A stretch of 64,000 nt of DNA from assembly GCA_009914755.4 (NCBI GenBank), contig CP086569.2:608001-672000 (forward strand). Reading direction: 5' to 3'. The notes beneath the pieces are model-generated. The model was not told the origin of the DNA, ran no database searches, and worked only from the letters and a program-made list of their open reading frames with translations. Source of the stretch: the human T2T-CHM13v2.0 reference genome, Homo sapiens. Shown here one piece after another: positions 14,985 through 30,974 of the stretch. Every line of letters starts with the position of its first letter. Within the stretch, counting starts at the first letter, position 1. A program made the position numbers and the translations under genes.

Positions 14985-16300
14985 GAACGTCTCTGTGGGC
15001 TGTGGGCTTCTGTCTGCAGGGTTCTTTTGTTCCTGGTGTGTGTGCCATCTCATGCGTGCATAAGAACATACATGAATGCACACACACACGTACACACAGT
15101 GTGGTTACACATGCGTGCCTGGGAGGTGGCATATTCAGGTTTTGTCTTTGCTAGATTGTTACTCCAGCCATGCACAAGCTTTCACATGTGTGCAGTCATG
15201 CAAACATGCACACACATGCACACACACACATGCACACACAGTGTGGATACACATGCATGCCTGGGAGAAGGCATACGCAGATTTCTTCTTTGCTAGCTTC
15301 TTGCTGTGGCCATGCACAAACTCTCACATGTGTGCACTCATACAAACATGCACATACATGCATGCACACACAGTGTGCATACACATGCATGCCTGGGAGG
15401 AGGCATATGCAGATTTATTCTTTGCTAGCTTCTTGCAGTGGCCATGCACAAACTCTCACGTGTGTGTGCACTCATGCACACATGCACACTCACACACATA
15501 TGCACACATGTGCATGCAAAGTGTGATTACACATGCAGTCTTAGGAAGAGGCATATACAGATTTCTTGTCTGCTAGATTCTTGCTCCAGGCATGCACAAG
15601 CTCTCACAAGTGTGCAGTCATGCAAACATACACACACACACATGCACACACAGTGTGCATACACATGCATGCCTGAGAGGAGGCATATGCAGATTTTTCT
15701 TTGCTAGATTCTTGCTGTGGCCATGCACAAGCTCTCACGTGTGTGTGCACTCATGCACACATGCGCACACACACACATCCACACACGTGCATGCACGCAC
15801 AGTGTGGTTACATATGTGTGCCTGGGAGGTGGCATATGCAGATTTTGTCTTTGCTAGATTGTTACTCCAGCCATGCACAAGCTTTCACATGTGTGCAGTC
15901 ATGCAAACATGCATATACATGCATGCACACACATGCACACACAGTGTGGATACACATGCGTGCCTGGGAGAAGGCATATGCAGATTTATTCTTTGCTAGC
16001 TTCTTGCTGTGGCCATGCAGAAGCACTCATGTCTATGTGCACACATGTACACGCACACACATCCACACATGTGCACGCACACACAGTGTGGTTAAACTTT
16101 TATGCCTGGGAGTTGGCACAGGCTAATTTTCTCTTTGCTAGATTCTTGCTCTGGCCACGCACAAGCTCTCACGTGTCTGTGCAGTCATGCAAACACACAC
16201 ACACGCAGTGCACAAGCTCTCACATGTGTGTGCAGCCATGCAAACACACACACACACATGCAGTGTCTATATGCACGACTGGCTGGGAAGAAATCCAGGT
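14985..16300. repeat. VNTR, ~130-150 bp unit x ~9, with embedded (CA)n and CATG/CACATG motifs
   Basis: Unit marker tttgctag[a/c]tt...ccatgcacaag recurs at 15138, 15289, 15421, 15572, 15699, 15851, 15992, 16134. Confidence 0.9.
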
Positions 16301-16465
16301 GAAATGCCTCTTTGCTTTGTGGTTCCCCTAAGCTCCATCTTGACCAGACACCTGACCTCAGTCAAATCCAGGAAAACAGTAAATCGGGTCAATTCTCAAG
16401 GGGGATCTTGTTTTTATCCAACTGACAACTACCAGATATGTATTTACTTGTTTGCAAGCGTGTTT

Positions 16466-16744
16466 TAATTTATTTATTTATTTATTTTTGAGACACAGTT
16501 TCATTCTATCTCTGCAGTGCCATGGCATGATCTCAGCTCACTGCAGTCTCTGCCTCCCAGGTTCAAGCAATTCTCCTGCCTCAGCCTCTGGAGTAGCTGA
16601 GATGACAAGCATGCACCACCACGCCCAGCTAATTTTTGTATTTTTGGTAGAGACTGGGCTGGTCTTGATCTCCTGACCTCAGGTGATCCACCTGCCTCGG
16701 CCTCCCAAAGTGCTGGGATTACAGGCATGAGCCACTGTGCCCGA
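16466..16744 (-). mobile_element. Alu SINE with small internal deletion
   Basis: (ATTT)n head, gagacacagtttcattctatctctgcagtgccatggcatgatctcagctcactgcag... to ...ggattacaggcatgagccactgtgcccgatc. Confidence 0.85.
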
Positions 16745-16885
16745 TCTATTTTGAAATTTTTATAGATTTTAGGGGTTTAAGTGCAATTTTGTTGCATGTG
16801 TAGATTGCAGAATGGTGAACTCAGAGATTTTAGTGTATCCATCACCCAAATAGTGTATATTGTACCCATTAAATAACTTCTCATC
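16745..16885 (+). mobile_element. L1-like fragment (uncertain)
   Basis: ttttaggggtttaagtgcaattttgttgcatgtgtagattgcagaatggtgaactcagagattttagtgtatccatcacccaaatagtgtatattgtaccc resembles an L1 segment recalled from memory. Confidence 0.4.
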
Positions 16886-17090
16886 CGTCTGCTTCAGCCT
16901 CCCGAGTAGCAGGGATTACAAGTGTGTGCCAGCAAGCCCGTCTACTTTTTGTATTTTTTTTTTAAGAAGAAACAGGGTTTCACCATGTTGGCCAGGCTGG
17001 TCTCGGTCTCGAACGCCTGACCTCAGGTGATCTGCCCGCCTCGGCCTCCCAAAGTGCTGGGACGACAGGCATGAGCCCGCGTGCCCTGCT
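16885..17090 (-). mobile_element. Alu fragment
   Basis: ...cagcctcccgagtagcagggattacaagtgtgtgccagcaagcccgtctactttttgtatttttttt...ggtttcaccatgttggccaggctggtctcg...ggcctcccaaagtgctgggacgacaggcatgagcc. Confidence 0.75.
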
Positions 17091-17094
17091 GCAG

Positions 17095-17200
17095 GTGTCT
17101 TTTTGATAGAATGACTTCTTTTCCTTTGGATAGATAACCAGGAGTGGAATTGTTCCATGGAAGGGTCGTTCTGTTTTCGGTTCTTTGAGAAATTTCCAGG
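17095..17200 (+). mobile_element. L1 fragment (ORF2 3' region)
   Basis: tttggatagataaccaggagtggaattgttccatggaagggtcgttctgttttcggttctttgagaaatttccag parallels L1 ...gggtatatacctaggagtggaattgctgggtcatatggtaactctatgtttaacattttgaggaactgccag. Confidence 0.55.
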
Positions 17201-17674
17201 TGTGTAAAACCAAAACCTCTGCCATTGCTTCCAGCCTGAGGTTTGGAATGTTTGGGGTGGGCAGCGGGAGAAAAATGGTGGAGAGGCCTCACATTGGCCC
17301 CAGCCAGCCTGAGGATATCCTACTGCACCTGCCAGGGGCCCTGTGGGACCTCCCTGCTGCTAACAAGCATGCCTCATTTACCATGCAAATGTTCCTTGGG
17401 GAGTCAGGCCTATCCATCACTCACCCTTCTTCCAGGACCTACCCCTCCCTTCCCTCCCCTCCCCCCACAATGGTCTCCAGTCACAGGAGGTCTTAACACA
17501 CATCAGCTGTGCTGGGCTGGCAGTGCGGATGTCAGTTTGGTGGGGCCCAAAGTGAAGTGTATCTTAAGGGTTTTCTTTAAGGAAAACAACAACAACAAGA
17601 AAACGTGAAATCTCTCACAAGATCCATTCTGGTACATTGGACATTGCTGCTCTGTGGGGTCCTGAACTGGTTCA

Positions 17675-17915
17675 TGGAGGAGGGAGGAAAGAAGGAAGGA
17701 AGGAAGGAAGGAAGGAAGGAAGGAAGGAAGGAAGAAAGGAGAGAGGGAAAAGATAAAAGGGAGGGAGGGAGGAAGAGAGGAAGAAAGGGAGGAAAAGAAG
17801 GAAGGAGGACAGGAGGAGGGACAAGTAAGAAAGGAAAGAAAGGAGGAAAAGAAGAAAGAAGAAAGGAGGGAGAGAAGGACAGAAAGAGGGCGAGAGAGAA
17901 AGAAAGAAAAAAACA
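17675..17915. repeat. (GGAA)n/(GAAA)n purine-rich simple repeat
   Basis: ggaaggaaggaaggaagg... degenerating to aggag/gaaag mixtures. Confidence 0.95.
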
Positions 17916-17944
17916 CTATCTATCCTATGAATGTATGATGTATT

Positions 17945-18228
17945 AATCATCTCCCTGTCATCTACTTGTCATACATCTACCTATCTCATTTATCTATCAT
18001 CAATCATCTACATATCTGTCTTATCTATCTATTCATCTTATCTATGTATCTATTACCATCATGTATCTATATATCTATCTACCTAAGTATGTATCTGTTA
18101 CCATCATCTATTTATCTATCTATCTATCTACCTATCTATGTATCTATTACCATCATCTATCTATCTATCTATCTATCTTCTATCTACCTTCTATCTACCT
18201 ATGTATGTATCTATTACCATCATCTATC

Positions 18229-18262
<34 letters not shown>

Positions 18263-18358
18263 TACCATCATCTATCTATCTATCTATCTATCTTCTATCT
18301 ATCTTCTATCTACCTTCTATCTACCTATGTATGTATCTATTACCATCATCTATCTATC

Positions 18359-18404
<46 letters not shown>

Positions 18405-18497
18405 TACCATCATCTATCTATTTGTCTATCTATCTATCTACCTACCTATCATCTTCTATCTACCTAAGTATGTATCTATTACCATCATCTGTCTATC

Positions 18498-18540
<43 letters not shown>

Positions 18541-18604
18541 ATCTATCTACCTAAGTATCTATTACCATCACCTATCTTCTATCTATCTATGTATCTCTCT
18601 ATCT

Positions 18605-18641
<37 letters not shown>

Positions 18642-18720
18642 AAGTATCACCATCATCTATGTATCTCTCATCTATTTTATCTATACATCTATCTATCATC
18701 TATCATCCATCTATATGTCT
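17945..18720 (-). repeat. GATA-derived complex minisatellite (reads (TATC)n on + strand), interrupted by taccatcatc
   Basis: tctatctatctatc... with recurring tctattaccatcatctatc = reverse complement of the gatagatgatggtaataga motif of the 26250-28868 array. Confidence 0.95.
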
Positions 18721-18724
18721 CTTT

Positions 18725-18850
18725 TGTATTATGGCACAATACACATAACATAAGATTTACCTTTTAACAACTTTAAAATGCAAAGTTCAGTGCCACGAAG
18801 TCCATTCCCAATGTTGGGCCACCATCACCACTGTCTCATTTCAAAACATT
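18725..18850 (+). mobile_element. Ancient L1 (L1M-type) 3'UTR-like fragment (uncertain)
   Basis: acataacataagatttaccttttaacaactttaaaatgcaaagttcagtgccacgaagtccattcccaatgttgggccaccatcaccactgtctcatttcaaaaca resembles mammalian-wide L1 3' ends. Confidence 0.45.
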
Positions 18851-19555
18851 GTCATCAGATTGCACTGAATGGAGACACCAAGTGATGCCTGCTTAGTCAG
18901 AGAGCAGACGTTTGCTCAGCAAGGGGCTGCGACCAGGAGAATGGCGGACAGAGCATGGCCGAGAAGGCTGTCTTCAGCCTCCAGCCCCAGCCCGTCTCTG
19001 CCATCTGCATCCCTGAACTATTGGAAGAGGGGTTGACTGATGGTTGGCTGCCTGTCATCTCTCCTCTTTGATCACAGCCCTGCTTCTTGTTCAATCTCCC
19101 CCTCTCCCCCACCCCCTGCCAACCATCCAGCCACTGCTCTCTCTCTCTCTCTCTCTCTGATCCCCACGGTGGATGGAAGACCCCACCCCGCATTTCCAAA
19201 CACACAGAATATAGTCTCACTCTTCAAAGCAACGACGAATCTCTATGACTATTTCAAAATCATCAGGAGAGGGAATCTGGGTGAGGTTGACTCAGGGATC
19301 TGGGATCACAGGGCGGGGGTCAGACGAAGCCGGCTTCTGTAGGTGAGGAGGGACGGAGAGCTGACAGAGGCCCTGGGGGCCACACAGCGTGAAGTTTCCA
19401 TTGCAGGAGTGATGACCGCACCAAGAACCTTTCACAGCACGGGTCAACCCAAGGCCATCTCAGAGACGCTTGAATATGCAGCGAGGTTGAGAGCTGTTTC
19501 AGGGCAATGTTCAGATGCAAATCTTCTGCTTCGTTCATAAAATAGAATGAACTAA

Positions 19556-19855
<300 letters not shown>

Positions 19856-20116
19856 GATGGCTTTGCTATTCCTATCTGTGCCTGAATAAGCCGCCTCTTT
19901 GAGGTCTTCAATGAATGGTTGTTGAATGAAGGAGTGAGTACGTGGCTTGTTCGGCACATTTCAGCCAAGGATGTTCCACGAAGTGTCAACCATTCTTTCA
20001 ACAATCCATTCATGATCGAGTGAATAAGATGAAATGACATCATGGAATCAATAAGATGAAAAAGCTCAAGAGGAAATAATGAAAGCACAATCATTGTCAG
20101 GAAAACAAGGGCATTG

Positions 20117-20325
20117 GCCGGGCGCGGTGGCTCACGCCTGTCATCCCAGCACTTTGGGAGGCCGAGGCGGGTGGATCACCTGACCTCAGGAGTTTGAGAC
20201 CAGCCTGACCAACATGATGAAACCCCATCTCTACTAAAAATACAGAAATTGGCCGGGCATGGCAAGATCATGCCCCTGCACTCCAGCCTGGGTGGCAGAG
20301 TGAGACTCCATCTGAAAAAAAAAAA
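20117..20325 (+). mobile_element. Alu with internal deletion of most of right arm
   Basis: ggccgggcgcggtggctcacgcctgtcatcccagcactttgggaggccgaggcgggtggatcacctgacctcaggagtttgagaccagcctgaccaacatgatgaaaccccatctctactaaaaatacagaaattggccgggcatggcaagatcatgcccctgcactccagcctgggtggcagagtgagactccatctg. Confidence 0.85.
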
Positions 20326-20421
20326 AAGGAAAGAAAGAAAGAGGAAAGAAAAAGAAAGAAAGAAGTAAGAAAGAGAAAAAAGAAAGAGAAAGAAAGAAAG
20401 AGGAAAGAAGAAAGAAAGAAA

Positions 20422-20466
<45 letters not shown>

Positions 20467-20820
20467 AGAAAGAAAGAAAGAAGGAAAGAAAGAAAGAGAA
20501 GAAAGAAAGAAAAAAGAAAGAGAGAGGGAGGGAGGGAGGAAAGAAGGAAGGAAAGAAAGAAAAAGAAAGAAAGAAACAAAGAAAGAAGGAAAGAAGGAAA
20601 GGAGAGAGGGAAGTGGAAGGGAGGCAAGGGGGAGGGAGGGAGTGAAGGAGGGAGGGAAGGAAAGAAGGAAGGAAGGAAGGACAAAAGAAAGAGAGAGAGA
20701 AAGAAAAGAAGAAAGAAAGAAGAAAAGAAAGAAGAAAGAAAGGAAAGAAGAAAGAAAAGAAAGAGAAAAAGAAAGAAAGAAGGAAGGGAGAGAGGAAGGA
20801 AGGAAGGAAGAAAGGCCATT
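20326..20820. repeat. (GAAA)n/(GGAA)n purine-rich tract, ~500 bp
   Basis: Purine-only run (aaaaaggaaagaaagaaagaggaaagaaaaag... gggagggaaggaaag...). Confidence 0.95.
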
Positions 20821-22136
20821 AAGATTCCCTAAGCTATGGAGAACATTGATCTATTATGGGTTTCTCATGCTGGTGACGGGGAGAAAGTGGCAGATGATTG
20901 GTGGACGGATGGATACCTGATTTCTCAGAGTCTTGTTATCTTCTGAGTGCCAGGCTATCATTTTATAGAGGAAGCTAATAGAAACGGTCTGGCAATGGGC
21001 CTGGGGTCATCCGCTGGTGAGTAGCCGAGCCTGGTTCTGACGATGCACGTACCTGGCCCACAGGTGGAGGCTGTTAGGGGATGTCATAGGTAAGCAACAG
21101 GCCTTGAGCAGTGCTACCTGGCACTCCACAGCGTGCTAACCACCCCAAATTTTGCAGAAATCCTATAACATAGAAACGTTAAGAAACCTCAGAGGCAACA
21201 GGACTTTCATCCAGAAAGGGCAGGTGCATGGTGAGTCCCCCTGTCTCATCAGCTGGGTAAGAACTGGGTGATATTTCTATTTCTACACACAGGCTGACTT
21301 AGAGGCTTGAAGGTCCATAGCTAAGATCAGGGTGGGTATGGCAGGTGCATGTTCTCCATGTGATTCCATCTCCTGACTGTGCTTTTTGGTACCTGGAAAG
21401 ATCGTCTGTCTCTGAAACGACGGTGTGTGTGCTGCGTTGAAGGTGAACACAGCCCACGGTCATCTCTGCTCTTTTGGAAAAGTCACCACACATGTCCACA
21501 GATCCTTCCCGGCCAACTCTTTGGCAACTCCAGCAGCTGGGAGTCCATTTTCCTAATTTCTGCTTCTCACCGTAGTTCATAAATCAGAATGCAGATGAGA
21601 GACTCATGGTTAATTTTCCGCAGCGAGCCCAGAACGTCGGAGCCCATAAACTGCAGGAAGTCTCGGGCTGTGAATTTCTTGATGCTGACAAGTCAAACAG
21701 CTTAGAAATCATAATTATAAGTTACAAGTGGCTTAGGGGTTGTTCTCCGGACATAAAACTAATTTCATGTTTTTATTCATACTGTGTGAGAGAAAAGAGG
21801 GGAACGGGCTGGCGTTGGAGGGTGCTCCTGCAGATATCACAAGCTCCCTCTCTCAGCCTTAATGAGATCAGACGGCTTGCTTCCTTCTTTGTTACTGTCT
21901 GACTTGCCTTGAGGGGCTTTTGACGACTGTGTGGATGCTGCCCCTGCTTTTTTTCTGAGAGCGTACCTGTGAGGACGTGGCCAACCCAGGGGGTCTTCAC
22001 CAATAGGACACCGCATTTGCCCCCAGCACTGTGGCCTCAACATATATCTCTGTAAGAGTCCCCTGGGCCTACCATAAAAAAAGGACCCCAAACTGGGGGA
22101 CTTGAAGCAGCAGAAATAAGATTCTCTGCTTGTTGA

Positions 22137-22527
<391 letters not shown>

Positions 22528-22933
22528 TCATGCCTTTCTCTTATGTTCTGGTGATCCCAGCCATCTTTGGTTTGCAGACGCGTCTTTCCAATCTCTGCCG
22601 TCACCTTCATGGTCTTGATAGCTGTGTGTGTTTTTACGAACTCTCTCGTCTTGTTTATGAGAAGTCTAGTCATTAAATTGAAGGTTCACCCTAACCCAGT
22701 ATGACCTCCTAGTCATTTACATCTTAACCCACTTATTCCCAAGGTTGCAAGTTTTTTGAATTTTTGCAATCAGAGCTTGGTGATGACCTTCAGCCATAGG
22801 ATATCAATAACTTCCACAAGCCTAGTGTTCCATTATTGGAACACTAGGCATAAATGAGTGTTTACATCTGCAAAGATCCTATTCCCAAGTAAAGTCCCCT
22901 TCACAGATACCGCGGTTAGAAATTGAGCATATT

Positions 22934-23261
<328 letters not shown>

Positions 23262-25365
23262 TCAAGCCGTTTTCCAATCTCTAGGAAAAAAACAACAGCA
23301 CACACAGATATACATTTATCCCTTTTGGAAGAAGTAGCGTCTGCAGCTCTTTGAAAGACCAGAGAATTTTTACATTGTGAAGCTATTTAGGTACCTACTA
23401 CGTGCGGTGCTCTGCCATATGAAACATCAAACAGAAAATGACAAAGCAACCAAGAAAAGGCTTAACTTTCGGCTGAGAGGACGGACGGTTGCCGTCACTG
23501 ATTCGGCTTTTGTGTCTATAGCTGAACAGCCGAGGTGGTGTCACCACACTCTAGAGAGAAACCTGTCTAACCAGCAAGAGAAAGCAACTAGCTTGGTGTG
23601 CTGCAGAGACTTTAAGACTGGGGAGAAAGTTCAAGCAACATTCTGTAGCTTGCAAAACCAATCCAAGAAAATGAAATGAAAAACAAAAAACAAAAACAAA
23701 CAAAAAAAGGTAACCTATTGTCTTCTTGGATCTCCAGCCCTATAGTGGGAATGTGTTTCTCCAAAAATCATCTGTTTATCCGAAAAGGAAAAAAAAATAA
23801 AACGATAAAACAACAGCAAACCTCAATACAGAATCTCGTTCTTCTAAGACACAGACTTCACTGTGCTGATATCGCTTTTAAAGGAGGAAATTCAGAATAT
23901 ATCCACGTCTGCCTTTCCTTTAAAGACTGTTCATTGCAGAGGAACGTGGCCCTGCCAGTTTGACCTGCCTAGCAGGACTCCAATCAGAAAAGATAAGAGC
24001 ATGTTTAATTGATTAGTCAGAGTCTGTCCAGCGCTTTGAAGGTGAGGACTGAGATATTATTGTAATGATGAAGAGGGAGCTGTGATCTTTGGAGAATTTC
24101 TTCTCTCATGTAAGCCTCTTTCTCAATTTGATCTATGCTGCTCAAGTCTACTGCTGGGGTGTACAAATTACTGATCCCGATCAGTAGGAAGCACCTTACA
24201 TATTCAGGCGTGGGTTGCTGAACCTCGAGGCATGAAACCAAAGACGGGCTACTGAGAGACGGGAGCTGTCTCCAGCTATCCTTCTGGGAAGACAGTCTCA
24301 AGATGGCACCCGCCATGCTGGAGGTTGCCCAGGCATCATTCTTTTCTCTGAGATGTGTTGGCTGATTTCTCTTCACGGAACACATGCCACCTCCCCAGGG
24401 CAGCTCTTGAGGGAAATTCTTCCTGACACCTGTTGGAGCTTGAGCTATCTCCATGGTTTCTCTGAACCTTGACTGTTGCCATCAAACAGGTGTTAAATTA
24501 TGGCATATTGTCATTGCTTTATCCTCAGATTCCGCAACAGATCATAGGTCCTCTAAGGGGGATGACTATATGCTGTTTAATGCATAGATTTGTTTTTTCA
24601 GAGCAGTTTTGGTTTCAGAGAAAGGGAGGGCAGAAAATAAAGAATTCCCCTATATCCCCTTCATTTTTCTCCCAGCAGTTTCTGCTATTATTAACATCTT
24701 GAATTCAGGGAGGACATGCGTTGCAATTGATAAACCCATATTGATTATTATTCACTAAAGGTGATAGTTGACACTGAGGTCACTCTTGGCATTGTACGTA
24801 GTTTACACTGAGGTCAGTCTTGGCGTTCTACATCCTATGGGTTTGGACATACACAGAAGCTTCACGGCCCTAAAAATCATCTGAGAGCCACTTATTTACC
24901 TACACCAACTGTATAGTTTTCTTCTCTGCATCACCAGTAGCACTGTGCCATAATCAATCATGAATCAATCAATCAGTCCTTGATCAATCAGCTTAACATG
25001 CTGCTCAGTGTCTGGGGCTCCTCCAGAGCCAGGGTCACCTTAGTCCTGCTCTGTGGCTGCAGGCTGACTTATAGGGTAAGGGTGTGTGGGACTCCTGTGT
25101 CCCTGGATTTGGTCTATAGGAAGCCCCAGGAAGATGGCAGGAACAGAGATGCCACCTTCAGTCTGACAGTTGGCTTCTCAGGATGACTCCCTACAGGGAT
25201 GGCAGGAGCTGGCCTCACCCGGCTCTTGAAGGCCATAGTCCTGACAGGTGGCCACATCTCCACCCCTAGACTGCTCTCTCTCCAGCTACTGGAAACCCAC
25301 TCCTCACAGCATAGTCACAAGTCTCCCCCACACTCTGCTCCCACGGATAAGATACTCTAGCCACT

Positions 25366-25729
<364 letters not shown>

Positions 25730-26249
25730 TCATCCCTGAGTAGTGGTTTCAGTTCCCTGCCAACCTATGGAATTGTCCAGAAAAGCCCATCACCTTCTTC
25801 TGCAGGAACCAGGAGCCACCTCACCCACTTGTTCCTACAAAGCCTGCCTTTCATGGCTTCTGATGGTTCATTGTACTAGAATGCAACTTCACATGCATGC
25901 TGTAAAGGGTCCTCTTCCCCCATCTGTGCATAGACGTGAGCAATCAATGTGGTTGTAGCTGTCATGCCTCCAGTGCTACATGCCATGGTCAGCCATCCCT
26001 AGCATCCTAGCACAAGAAACCCTTTCTTACCAAAGCAATGGATAGGAGGCTGTCCATCCATTGCTTCCCAAAACCACCTGCTCCTTGTAGTAAATTGTGA
26101 GGATAAACAGGGCAGTGTTCCATTTTGGACTGCCTCTATATATTTAAATTATCTTTGACTTGGGACCCACAAGATTATGGAAGAAGAACATGGGAAGCTT
26201 CCAGGAAACCTGGATGTATTAGTCAGGGTTCTCTAGAGAGACAGAACTG

Positions 26250-26265
26250 ATAAGACGGATGGATG

Positions 26266-26312
<47 letters not shown>

Positions 26313-26453
26313 GGATAGATAGATAGATAGATAGGTAATGGTAGTAGATACATACTTAGGTAGATAGAGGATGATAGATAGATAGATAGATAGACAGAGA
26401 GATGATGGTAATAGATACACACTTAGGTATATAGAAGATAGATAGATAGATAA

Positions 26454-26507
<54 letters not shown>

Positions 26508-26597
26508 GATAGACAGATGATGGTAATAGATACTTAGGTAGATAGAGGATGATAGATAGATAGATGATGGTAATAGATACATAGGTAGATAGAAGAC

Positions 26598-26644
<47 letters not shown>

Positions 26645-26761
26645 TCATAGATACATAGATACATAGATAGATGATGGTAATAATACATACTTAGGTAGAT
26701 AGAAGATAGATAGATGATAGATAGATGATGGTAATAGATACATACTTAGGTAGATAGAGGG

Positions 26762-26802
<41 letters not shown>

Positions 26803-27324
26803 CATAGATAGATAGATAGATAGATGATGGTAATAGACACATACTTAGGTAGATAGAATATCATAGATAGATAGATAATGGTAGTAGATACATACTTAGG
26901 TAGATAGAATATCATAGATAGATAGATAGATAATGGTAGTAGATACATACTTAGGTAGATAGAGGATGAGAGATAGATAGATAGATAGATAGATAGACAG
27001 ATAACGGTAATAGATACATACTTAGGTAGATAGAGGATGAGAGATGGATAGATAGACAGATAATCGTAATAGGTACATACTTAGGTAGATAGAGGATGAG
27101 AGATAGATAGACAGATAGATAGACCGATAGATAATGGTAATAGATACATACTTAGGTAGATAGAGGATGAGAGATAGATAGATAGATAGATAGATAGACC
27201 GATAGATAATGGTAATAGATACATACTTAGGTAGATAGAAGATGATAGATAGATAGACAGACAGACAGATAATGGTAATAGATACATACTTAGGTAGATA
27301 GAGGATGAGAGATAGATAGATAGG

Positions 27325-27361
<37 letters not shown>

Positions 27362-27396
27362 GATGGTAATAGATACATAGGTAGATAGAGGATGAG

Positions 27397-27438
<42 letters not shown>

Positions 27439-27629
27439 TTAGATAGATAGATGATGGTAATAGATACATACTTAGGTAGATAGAATATCATAGATAGATA
27501 GATAGATAATGGTAGTAGATACATACTTAGGTAGATAGAGGATGAGAGATAGATAGATAGATAGATAGATAGACAGATAATGGTAATAGATACATACTTA
27601 GGTAGATAGAGGATGAGAGATAGATAGAT

Positions 27630-27675
<46 letters not shown>

Positions 27676-27786
27676 CCGACAGATAATGGTAATAGATACA
27701 TACTTAGGTAGATAGAAGATGATAGATAGATAGACAGACAGACAGATAATGGTAATAGATACATACTTAGGTAGATAGAGGATGAG

Positions 27787-27822
<36 letters not shown>

Positions 27823-27971
27823 GATGGTAATAGATACATACTTAGGTAGATAGAATATCATAGATAGATAGATAATGGTAGTAGATACATACTTAGGTAG
27901 ATAGAATATCATAGATAGATAGATAGATAGATAATGGTAGTAGATACATACTTAGGTAGATAGAGGATGAG

Positions 27972-28010
<39 letters not shown>

Positions 28011-28200
28011 CAGATAATGGTAATAGATACATACTTAGGTAGATAGAGGATGAGAGATAGATAGATAGATAGATAGACCGATAGATAATGGTAATAGATA
28101 CATACTTAGGTAGATAGAAGATGATAGATAGATAGACAGACAGACAGATAATGGTAATAGATACATACTTAGGTAGATAGAGGATGAGAGATAGATAGAT

Positions 28201-28247
<47 letters not shown>

Positions 28248-28286
28248 GATGGTAATAGATACATACTTAGGTAGACAGAGGATGAG

Positions 28287-28329
<43 letters not shown>

Positions 28330-28452
28330 CCGATAGATAATGGTAATAGATACATACTTAGGTATATAGAAGATGATAGATAGACAGACAGACAGACAGA
28401 TAATGGTAATAGATAGATACTTAGGTAGATAGAGGATGAGAGATAGATAGAT

Positions 28453-28494
<42 letters not shown>

Positions 28495-28755
28495 CAGATA
28501 ATGGTAATAGATACATACTTAGGTAGATAGAGGATGAGAGATGGATAGATAGACAGATAATGGTAATAGATACATACTTAGGTAGATAGAGGATGAGAGA
28601 TAGATAGATAGATAGATAGACCGATAGATAATGGTAATAGATACATACTTAGGTAGATAGAAGATGATAGATAGACAGACAGACAGACAGATAATGGTAA
28701 TAGATACATACTTAGGTAGATAGAGGATGAGAGATAGATAGATAGATAGATAGAT

Positions 28756-28805
<50 letters not shown>

Positions 28806-28868
28806 GATGGTAATAGATACATACTTAGGTAGATAGAAGATAGACAGATACTGGATAGATAGACGATG
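26250..28868 (+). repeat. GATA-derived complex minisatellite, ~2.6 kb
   Basis: (gata)n blocks regularly interrupted by (a/g)ataatggtaatagatacatacttaggtagatagaggatgaga and variants (gacagacagacagataatggtaatag...); ~35 repeats of the interrupter. Confidence 0.95.
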
Positions 28869-29748
28869 TAAAATCACTAGCAGCACTTTTGGGAAAAGGT
28901 GTTGTATAAACTGGATCAAAGACTAACTCTGAGCTACACACATATGAAATCTCACCCAGAGGAGACCCCACTGCTCACAAAGACCTCAGTCAGGAGCGGG
29001 CGAGCTGTATTTTTATGCTAAAATTTACACAAAGGGACGGCCCCAGGCTCTCCCTCCTTTGCAAGCTGTGGTCAGTCACGCCGTCTGGCCGAGGAATCCG
29101 GCTTTCACAGGGGGAAGCAAATAATAGGACGGGGAAACCGCAGGGTCCTTGGGCACTCAGAGCTGTCACTCATCACAAATCCATAAAACAATTCGTGTGG
29201 AAGTAATGATATTGTTTAACCACTGTATTTTTGATTAATGTATAAATAATTTAACTGAGTATTTCTTGAGTTTTCAGCGTGTCTGCCATTATTTACCGGC
29301 CCTGTCATGACGGCTGCTGGTGCTCTGCCATATAAAACATCCTCAAGTCCGTCCGAGGAGGCTGGTGGGTTGTTAATGGTCTTAGGGGGAAACGGCATTG
29401 CAGCTATTAACAAGCCGATTAGCATAATCCATTGTGATATATCATCATCCAGAAGTTCATCTGTGCAACTCGATGGGACTGGGGAATGGCTTTGAAGATC
29501 TTATGATACAATAACTATCTATTTGATAAGCAATTAAAAAGATATTTTGAGACACGAGGAGTGAAGATAATGGAACGGAGAGGAGGAGGGAGGCATGAGG
29601 GTGCCACGCTTCAGGGGAACGCGTTTGCTGATGACGGATGGAGCTTGATTCAGCCTGAGCTGTGGATGTCAGTGGCATGTTTGGCTCCGGGAGCAGCGTG
29701 GGGTGGTGACCTAGAAGCTATGGTATTCACGCAGGACTCTCCGCATGA

Positions 29749-30941
<1,193 letters not shown>

Positions 30942-30974
30942 TCATCCCCACTGTCTAAAGCCAAAGTTTTTCTT

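Noticed and set aside
17966-18753. 225/230-aa ORFs (SIYLSIYL...) and the similar 100-320-aa ORFs at 26219-28919 and 58371-59615
   Set aside because: Translations of the GATA/TATC minisatellites; periodic low-complexity peptide with no coding signal.
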